A stretch of DNA of 64,000 nucleotides from Patescibacteria group bacterium (GTDB taxonomy: Bacteria > Patescibacteriota > Minisyncoccia > Phycocordibacterales > UBA9973): positions 7,357-71,356 of the forward strand of contig JAZKAB010000003.1 of assembly GCA_040389365.1 (NCBI GenBank). The letters are read 5' to 3'. Positions 57,866-64,000 of this stretch are shown piece by piece. The notes beneath the pieces are model-generated. The model was not told the origin of the DNA, made no database searches, and saw nothing but the letters and a program-made list of their open reading frames with translations. The first letter of the stretch is position 1. Each line of letters opens with the position of its first letter. Made by a program: the position numbers and the translations under genes.

Positions 57866-58501
57866 ATGGAAGAATCAACAAAGAAAAGCGTATTTGCCCA
57901 ACCGGGCGTTCAGGCCGTCACGGGAATGCTCGTTATCGCATTGCTGCTCGGCGGCGCATTGTATTGGAAGGCGCAATCAACGCATATAAGCATTGAAAAG
58001 TCAGTTATTACGGCACCGACTATTGCAATCGGCCCTCAGGCCGGAGGCATTCTTGCTGAAGTATACGTGCGCCCAGGCGATACAGTATCAGCAAGCCAGC
58101 AGGTTGCGCGCGTAGGATCTGAAGTATTGTCTGCAGCAGTTGCAGGCACTGTCATCAGCGTGCAGAACACGCCGGGACAGGTGGTGATGCCGGGAGCGGC
58201 AGTAGTAGCAATGATCGTACCGTCTGAGCTTCGAGTTGTCGGCACTATAGCCGAAGACAAGGGGCTGAGAGACATTGCAGTCGGGCAGCCCGTCTCCTTT
58301 ACCGTCGACGCATTCGGCAGCACTGAGTACACTGGTATCGTTGACGAGGTAAGCCCAACGTCTGACGAGTCTGGCGTAGCATTCAGCATTTCAGACAAGC
58401 GCGAGGTCAAGAGCTTCGCCATCAAGGTGCGATTCGACACGGCTGCGCATCCTGAATTCAAGAACGGCATGTCAGCCAAGATGAACGTCTATATAAAATA
58501 A
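57866..58501 (+). CDS. EmrA-like membrane fusion protein lacking the alpha-hairpin
   Basis: GILAEVYVRPGD.V directly joined to SAAVAGTV, beta-barrel 'GQPV.FTVDAF', GMSA. Confidence 0.8.
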   Translation: MEESTKKSVFAQPGVQAVTGMLVIALLLGGALYWKAQSTHISIEKSVITAPTIAIGPQAGGILAEVYVRPGDTVSASQQVARVGSEVLSAAVAGTVISVQNTPGQVVMPGAAVVAMIVPSELRVVGTIAEDKGLRDIAVGQPVSFTVDAFGSTEYTGIVDEVSPTSDESGVAFSISDKREVKSFAIKVRFDTAAHPEFKNGMSAKMNVYIK

Positions 58502-58502
58502 T

Positions 58503-59999
58503 ATGGAAGAAGGGGAGAAGACAGAAAAGAAGAGCAATCTCCGCTGGTGGATTCTGCTGACAGTTATTGTCGGCACGTTTCTTGGCCGTCTTGACCAGAC
58601 CATCGTTAACCTGGCATTGCCCGATATCATTAATGACTTCGGCATTAGCGTAAGCGCAGCCGGCTGGATTGCGACGGCGTACATCCTCGCCAATGCAGTG
58701 TTCGTGCCTATCTGGGGCAAGCTGGGCGACACAATCGGCCGCAAGAAGGTATATATCTTAGGGTTCGGCATCTTCATTGTTGGCTCAGTGCTCGCAGGCT
58801 TTGCCTGGAACCTGCCGTCAATGATTGTTTTTCGAGTCATTCAGGCAATTGCCGGATCAGCAGACTATCCGACAGCCATGGCAATCTTGGCTGTTACGTT
58901 TCGAGAGGGAAAAGAACGCGCGCAAGCGCTCGGCATCTGGTCGAGCTCTTTTGCTGCGGCCAGCGTATTCGGCCCGCTCTTGGGCGGCCCATTGATCGAC
59001 AGCTTTGGCTGGCGCTCAGTCTTTCTTATCAATCTGCCTGTCGGCATTATCGGCCTTCTTATGGCCATGCGCTTTATCAACGAATCACGTTCCGAAAAGA
59101 AGCCGGAGCACTTTGACTGGTGGGGGGCAGTAACATTAGGAGGCATGCTTTCTGCATTGGTGTTGGTATTAGACAAAGGGAGCGAATGGGGCTGGGTATC
59201 GGCAACGAGCATGCTCTGCTATTTCAGCATCGTCGTTCTGACTGCGCTCTTTATCCGCATCGAGCAGCGAGTGCCAGAACCTATCGTCGACCTGCGCTTC
59301 TTCAAGATTCCTGCATTCGTCAATACGCTGATAAACAATTTTGTGGTATTCATGGGCATGATGGGCGGGCTGTTCCTGCTGCCGGTATTTGCGCAGACGT
59401 TCCTCGGGTACAATGCAACGCAGACAGGCTATCTCTTTATGCCTATGGCTGCAGCCCTAATGCTTGCCGCGCCGATTGGCGGCGCCATGATGGGCAAAGT
59501 GCAGACGCGCTACGTTATCTTCGCAAGTACATTGGTTGCAGCGCTCGGACTGTTCCTGTTTTCATTCCTCGATCCGAAGTCTACCGCGCTTGATATCATG
59601 ATTCCGCTGAGCATCATGGCCTTCGGCCTTGGCTTCGGCATGGCGCAGCGCACGAACGTTATCGCGTCAGTTGTCGATCCGCATGAAATCGGCATCGCGT
59701 CATCGATTTTAGCATTGGCGCGAAACGTTGCCGGAGCATTCGGCATCGCAGTGTTCGGCACTATTCTAACGAATCGTATTAGCCACAACATATTGAGCAT
59801 CAACAGCTTCAGTATCTTGCGCAGCCACCTGCCGCTTGATATTCAAAAGTACATTGCGCTGGTTGAGCTCAAGGCGCAGATCAACGCGTACAATTACGTA
59901 TTCGTTATCGCCAGCCTTATCGTTGCAATTGGCGCATTTGCCATCCTGAGCCTGAAGCTCAAGAACGAGCGAAGAGACGTGACGGTGCATGTAGAATAA
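58503..59999 (+). CDS. DHA2 (EmrB/QacA) MFS efflux transporter
   Basis: LDQTIVNLALP, GKLGD.IGRK, GPLLGG, WRSVFLINLPVG. Confidence 0.93.
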   Translation: MEEGEKTEKKSNLRWWILLTVIVGTFLGRLDQTIVNLALPDIINDFGISVSAAGWIATAYILANAVFVPIWGKLGDTIGRKKVYILGFGIFIVGSVLAGFAWNLPSMIVFRVIQAIAGSADYPTAMAILAVTFREGKERAQALGIWSSSFAAASVFGPLLGGPLIDSFGWRSVFLINLPVGIIGLLMAMRFINESRSEKKPEHFDWWGAVTLGGMLSALVLVLDKGSEWGWVSATSMLCYFSIVVLTALFIRIEQRVPEPIVDLRFFKIPAFVNTLINNFVVFMGMMGGLFLLPVFAQTFLGYNATQTGYLFMPMAAALMLAAPIGGAMMGKVQTRYVIFASTLVAALGLFLFSFLDPKSTALDIMIPLSIMAFGLGFGMAQRTNVIASVVDPHEIGIASSILALARNVAGAFGIAVFGTILTNRISHNILSINSFSILRSHLPLDIQKYIALVELKAQINAYNYVFVIASLIVAIGAFAILSLKLKNERRDVTVHVE

Positions 60000-60066
60000 G
60001 GCGGCTGATTGACAAAAAGCTCTTATAGAATAGTATTATTTTGAAATCCATATTAAACTGTTCATT

Positions 60067-61080
60067 ATGATTGAAATTGTAGAAGAAACGATGCTTATGA
60101 AAAAGCATTGCACTGAAGAAGTGCAGGAAGAATTAAAAGATGTAGTCACCCCTCATGGGTGGACGCTGGAAAAGGCTATTCAGTCAGGAATTGATAATCC
60201 TGACTCAAGCATTGGCGTGTATGCAGGGGATCCTGAATCGTATGATCAGCTTGCACCGTTATTTGACCCTATTATTAAGGAGTACCACAAGTACGACATG
60301 AGCGGTCACAAAAGTGATTTTTCACTTGAAGGGCTGAGTGTTGAAAACCTGGATCCGGAAGGCAAGTATGTAGTATCTACGCGCATTCGCGTAGGAAGAA
60401 ACTTTGCAAAGTTTGCTTTTCCTTCAGCTATTTCTACAGAAGACCGAGAGGCTTTGGAGAAAGAGATTGTTGCTGTTCTTGAACAGCTTCCAGGCGAGTT
60501 AAAAGGCCGTTACATTCCATTGGAAGGCATGTCTCCATCTGACACCGACCAAATGATCACGGATCATTTCTTGTTTAAGCAGGGAGATCGCTTCTTGGAA
60601 AGTGCGGGCGTTAATCGCGATTGGCCAAAAAATCGCGGTATCTTCTTTTCAGAAAACAAGAAATTTCTTGTATGGGTTTCTGAAGAAGATAGCATGCGCA
60701 TCATTAGCATGCAGCAGGGTGCTGACATTGCAGAGGTATTCATGCGATTGAAGACAGCGCTTGATTTTATCAATGAGCACATTCAGTTTGCATTTGATTC
60801 AGTTCGAGGGTATTACACGACATGTCCTACCAATCTCGGAACTGCAATGAGAGCTTCAGTGCACATCAAGATTCCTAAGTTCTCTAACCGAGAGAACTTC
60901 AAGGCAATTTGCGGAACGCTCGGCTTGTCTATTCGCGGGATTCATGGAGAACATTCTGAATCAAGCGATGGCATTTACGACATTTCAAACAAGCGCCGTT
61001 TGGGCATTTCTGAAAGAGAAATTTACGAGCAGCTATACGCTGGCGTAAAGAAGCTTATTGAGATCGAATCTTCGCTGTAA
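60067..61080 (+). CDS. Arginine kinase (phosphagen kinase, eukaryote-type two-domain)
   Basis: N-domain NPDSSIGVYAGDPESY...FDPIIKEYH, STRIRVGRN, EED, CPTNLGT, RGIHGEH, DISNKRRLG. Confidence 0.92.
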   Translation: MIEIVEETMLMKKHCTEEVQEELKDVVTPHGWTLEKAIQSGIDNPDSSIGVYAGDPESYDQLAPLFDPIIKEYHKYDMSGHKSDFSLEGLSVENLDPEGKYVVSTRIRVGRNFAKFAFPSAISTEDREALEKEIVAVLEQLPGELKGRYIPLEGMSPSDTDQMITDHFLFKQGDRFLESAGVNRDWPKNRGIFFSENKKFLVWVSEEDSMRIISMQQGADIAEVFMRLKTALDFINEHIQFAFDSVRGYYTTCPTNLGTAMRASVHIKIPKFSNRENFKAICGTLGLSIRGIHGEHSESSDGIYDISNKRRLGISEREIYEQLYAGVKKLIEIESSL

Positions 61081-61090
61081 TTAAAAAAAT

Positions 61091-61119
61091 AAAACCCGTC
61101 CTTAAAAGGCGGGTTTTTT
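61091..61119. terminator. Bidirectional terminator
   Basis: AAAACCCGTC...GGCGGGTTTT. Confidence 0.75.
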
Positions 61120-61121
61120 AT

Positions 61122-61637
61122 TTACACTAGCATGGGAACTATTCGATAGAGCTCTTCATAAAATGATAATTTTTCAAAATTAAGTATCTTGATGAACTCT
61201 TCCCACATGTGCTCAATGGCAAACTGAATATTCTTTTGCCGATAGCTATTCTTCCGGTCATGCTTAGTGCACTCAGCGGCTACGTCGGAACAGAACTTAA
61301 GGATATCAATGTAGCCTTCTTTCGGATTCCAAATTTTTGCATGCATAGAAATATCTACGGTAAACAGTTCGCCGAGCTTCAGAATATTAACCATAATATG
61401 GCCTGAGGCTACTATAAGCGGGTACTGCACATCGGGCAGTATGTCGTACAGGACTTTTTCTGATTCTGTAAGAAACTCATACATTTTTTGATATACCTGC
61501 AATAAACAATGCTTTGCGATAAAAATAGTTTTTTCCTCATCGCTGAGCTTCCCTAGCTGAGGGTAATGCTCTTCCGTAAACAAGTAATGAGTTGCAATAT
61601 AGTCCTTTGCTTCTTCAAGAGTGTTGATATGCTCCAT
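61122..61637 (-). CDS. Hypothetical all-helical protein (AT-rich orphan)
   Basis: 171-aa ORF with upstream TTGACA promoter. Confidence 0.6.
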   Translation of the reverse strand: MEHINTLEEAKDYIATHYLFTEEHYPQLGKLSDEEKTIFIAKHCLLQVYQKMYEFLTESEKVLYDILPDVQYPLIVASGHIMVNILKLGELFTVDISMHAKIWNPKEGYIDILKFCSDVAAECTKHDRKNSYRQKNIQFAIEHMWEEFIKILNFEKLSFYEELYRIVPMLV

Positions 61638-61725
61638 ATTTATATTGTAATGATTTTCTTTAATCTATAGTATTTTAAAAGACTGTCAATAGTTTTCTAG
61701 TGATTATGTACGCTATACTCACCCT

Positions 61726-62205
61726 ATGAAAGCAACAATCCAAACAACAAAAGGCCCTATTTTACTTGAATTATTCGACACCTTGGCACCTAACACTGCC
61801 GCTAACTTTGCCAAGCTTGCAAAAGAAGGCTTTTATGACGGGGTGAAATTCCACCGCGTTATCGAAGGCTTTATGATCCAGTGCGGCGATCCATTGACCA
61901 AAGACGATACTCAGAGCGGCATGTGGGGAACAGGAGGCCCTGGATACAAGTTTGAAGACGAGATTCATGCCGAAAACCATAACCTTGCAGGCACTATCGC
62001 AATGGCTAACTCGGGCCCAAACACGAACGGCAGCCAGTTTTTCATTAACACCAATGACAACCTGTTTCTTGATCCAAAGCATACCGTATTTGGGAAAGTA
62101 ATCGATGGAATGGAAACAGTTACTGAAATCGAGCGCACCCAGACGACGCCTTCAGACCGGCCAGTTGAGCCAATCTCAATAGCGGGCATTGCAATAGAGG
62201 AATAA
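61726..62205 (+). CDS. Cyclophilin-type peptidyl-prolyl isomerase
   Basis: FHRVI.GFMIQ.GDP, AMANSGPNTNGSQFFI, HTVFG.V. Confidence 0.96.
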   Translation: MKATIQTTKGPILLELFDTLAPNTAANFAKLAKEGFYDGVKFHRVIEGFMIQCGDPLTKDDTQSGMWGTGGPGYKFEDEIHAENHNLAGTIAMANSGPNTNGSQFFINTNDNLFLDPKHTVFGKVIDGMETVTEIERTQTTPSDRPVEPISIAGIAIEE

Positions 62206-62207
62206 TA

Positions 62208-62235
62208 AAAGGGCATACTTAAAAGTATGCCCTTT
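62208..62235. terminator. Bidirectional hairpin overlapping the ECF sigma 3' end
   Basis: AAAGGGCATACTT-AA-AAGTATGCCCTTT. Confidence 0.65.
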
Positions 62236-62791
62236 GTACGTACGGGGTCATTTTAATAATGCCCAAGCGAATTCTGGTTTTAACAGTATTGACATTAACG
62301 CCCATCGCCTCAGCAATCTCCTTGTCCCTCATGCCTTTATAGACGCGCAGGCTTAAAGAATCGCGAAAGACCGGATCGAGCTTGCGAATGCAGGCTGCCA
62401 CATGCTCCTCGCGCTGCTTTTCCTGAAGCTGGAGCTCTGGATCAGTATCGCTCCATAATGCAGGATGCATCCAGGAGTCTTTCTCGAGATCCTCAACATT
62501 TAACCCTTGCTCGTGCATTTCTCTCCGCATGTTAATCGCGCGACGGTAATTGGTTCTCAAGATCCATCCGATAAATTTCCCCGACTCTTCATACGAGCCA
62601 TTTTTAAGGGCTAAAAAGATAGCCACTAGGGTGTCTTGCGCAACGTCTTCTGCAAGCCTGCGGCATTTTACTACATTGAAGGCGCTAGCCTTTAGGATGC
62701 TGCAATACCGTTCTGAAATAACATTGAATGCGTTGTTGTCGCCAGAGCAAAACGCTCGGACAAGCTGGTCGTCGGTTAGGTTGCTTTTCAT
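62219..62791 (-). CDS. ECF sigma factor
   Basis: AEDVAQD, F.GWI.R, EIAEAMGVNVNTVKTRI. Confidence 0.88.
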   Translation of the reverse strand: MKSNLTDDQLVRAFCSGDNNAFNVISERYCSILKASAFNVVKCRRLAEDVAQDTLVAIFLALKNGSYEESGKFIGWILRTNYRRAINMRREMHEQGLNVEDLEKDSWMHPALWSDTDPELQLQEKQREEHVAACIRKLDPVFRDSLSLRVYKGMRDKEIAEAMGVNVNTVKTRIRLGIIKMTPYVQRAYF

Positions 62792-62856
62792 ATGTTAATA
62801 GTTTTTCTTAAGCCTACTCCGCTGGAAAAGTAAGTCAAGAGGTATATACTTAGGGA

Positions 62857-63111
62857 ATGAAAAAGCTTTGGTTCAAGCGCAAGACATACGGCTGGGGATG
62901 GACGCCCGCAACAGCAGAAGGCTGGCTTGTCTTGGCTATCTATATGGTAAGCCTACTACTGATACTGTATGTATTTAGAGCATATGGTCTTTCTTCTGTA
63001 CTTACAACCATCTTATTCTTAACCCTTTCGGCTGGATTGATAGCTGTAACAGCTGTCACAGGAGAAAAGCCCCGCTGGCAATGGGGAAATAAAGGAAGGG
63101 AAGATTTTTAA
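62857..63111 (+). CDS. Small 2-TM membrane protein (WFKRKTYGWGWTP motif)
   Basis: Trp/Gly-rich N-terminal motif, two TMs, GEKPRWQWG. Confidence 0.75.
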   Translation: MKKLWFKRKTYGWGWTPATAEGWLVLAIYMVSLLLILYVFRAYGLSSVLTTILFLTLSAGLIAVTAVTGEKPRWQWGNKGREDF

Positions 63112-63134
63112 GGCACGAAGCGTATAATAGAAAG

Positions 63135-63713
63135 ATGCTCGAATCACCCATCATGCATCTTTCTGATGAAATGCTTGTCATTGAGGCCAAGAAAGATCAG
63201 CAGCACTTCGCGGTGCTGGTTGATCGCTATGTGCCCAAGCTGACGCACTATATACGCCGCCGCAGTGCTGCGACGCCGCATGATATTGATGATTTGCTGC
63301 AGAATATTTTTATAAAGGTGTGGCGCAATATCAATGAGTATGACACCTCGTTGCTATTTTCTTCGTGGATATACCGCATTGCGCATAATGAAATGATTGA
63401 CTGGTACCGGCGAGAGAAGCGGCGCTCAACATTGTCGCTTGACGACGAGGCGCAGAACATCGTCTCGAAGCTCTTTGCAGAAGAAGACTTAGTCGCGCAA
63501 TTTAGCAGCCAGGAGCAGAGAGCGCAAATCAAGGAAGCCCTGGGTACGCTCGACGACAAGTACAAGGAAATACTGCTGCTGCGATTCTTTGAAGACAAGT
63601 CGTACGAGGAGATAGGGGACATTCTCCGCATCCCGCCCGGCACGGTGGCAGTACGGATCAATCGCGCAAAGAAGCAATTACAAAAAAGCCTTACAGACTA
63701 TGGAACACACTAA
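63135..63713 (+). CDS. ECF sigma factor (RpoE/SigW-like)
   Basis: DDLLQNIFIKVW, FSSWIYRIAHN, SYEEI..IL.IP.GTV..RINRAK. Confidence 0.92.
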   Translation: MLESPIMHLSDEMLVIEAKKDQQHFAVLVDRYVPKLTHYIRRRSAATPHDIDDLLQNIFIKVWRNINEYDTSLLFSSWIYRIAHNEMIDWYRREKRRSTLSLDDEAQNIVSKLFAEEDLVAQFSSQEQRAQIKEALGTLDDKYKEILLLRFFEDKSYEEIGDILRIPPGTVAVRINRAKKQLQKSLTDYGTH

Positions 63714-64000
63714 TACAACTGAAAAGATTCTTTCTGCAATCGAAGACAAGCAGATTACCCCATTGCCGAAATGGTACTTTACCGCGCGCAACAGCGCGCT
63801 GTGGCTACCAGGCATTGTAACAACATTGTTGGGCGCCTATACCATCGCAGGCGTGCTGTATGGCATCCTGCATGCAGAATGGGACAATGGCATATACATA
63901 GAGCATGGCAACCCCTTGTTTCTTATCGCCGCTATCCCGTTGTTATGGGTTATCTCATTCGGCGTCTTCTGCGTCATGAGCACGACGCTCTTGCGCAAGA
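63700..64000 (+). CDS. Membrane protein, probable anti-sigma (partial, runs off window)
   Basis: MEHTNTTEKILSAIEDKQITPLPKWYF followed by TM helices. Start overlaps the sigma gene 3' end. Confidence 0.6.
   Translation, partial: MEHTNTTEKILSAIEDKQITPLPKWYFTARNSALWLPGIVTTLLGAYTIAGVLYGILHAEWDNGIYIEHGNPLFLIAAIPLLWVISFGVFCVMSTTLLRK

Noticed and set aside
60067-61080. McsB protein-arginine kinase
   Set aside because: It has the N-terminal phosphagen-specificity domain, lacks a McsB-type C-terminal extension, and lacks ctsR/mcsA/clpC context.
3643-62791. Integron cassette array explaining the orphan genes
   Set aside because: The orphans are dispersed, carry their own promoters and lie in both orientations. 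No intI or recognisable attC structure was seen.

Overview
Chromosomal segment of a small-genome bacterium, most likely CPR/Patescibacteria (Parcubacteria-like). This is inferred from compact, reduced housekeeping genes and CPR-typical proteins (sigma-4/HARE-HTH fusion, FtsA-like plus baseplate-J-like pair, PaaX-like protein). TGA acts as stop, so the code is 11. The window holds priA, mreB, frr, rseP, mltG, mnmA, alaS, the infA-rpmJ-rpsMKD-rpoA-rplQ-rplM-rpsI cluster, grpE/dnaK/dnaJ, lysS, cysS, rplU, recR, dnaB, trpS, aspS, scpAB, mraY-ftsW-murG, ABC and MFS exporters and two ECF sigmas, with many single AT-rich orphan genes between them. No rRNA, tRNA, CRISPR array, integrase or transposase was seen. 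Main observations: (1) a tightly coupled minus-strand operon of response regulator, 68-aa peptide ending ...FTPWAGDE, 6-TM histidine kinase and a fused class II terpene cyclase (DxDD) / class I prenyltransferase (DDxxD, NDDxxD), a candidate terpenylated-peptide or terpene signalling system analogous to ComQXPA; (2) about 20 genes with a -10 hexamer 6-8 nt before the start codon, implying pervasive leaderless mRNAs, including a 27-bp bidirectional priA/mreB promoter; (3) a T-box upstream of aspS that appears to combine an ultrashort Stem I (GAC specifier) with a terminator; (4) a eukaryote-type arginine kinase; (5) an unannotated 25-aa basic peptide gene and a divergent bL33-like zinc ribbon. 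Protein identities come from motif recognition by eye, not database searches.
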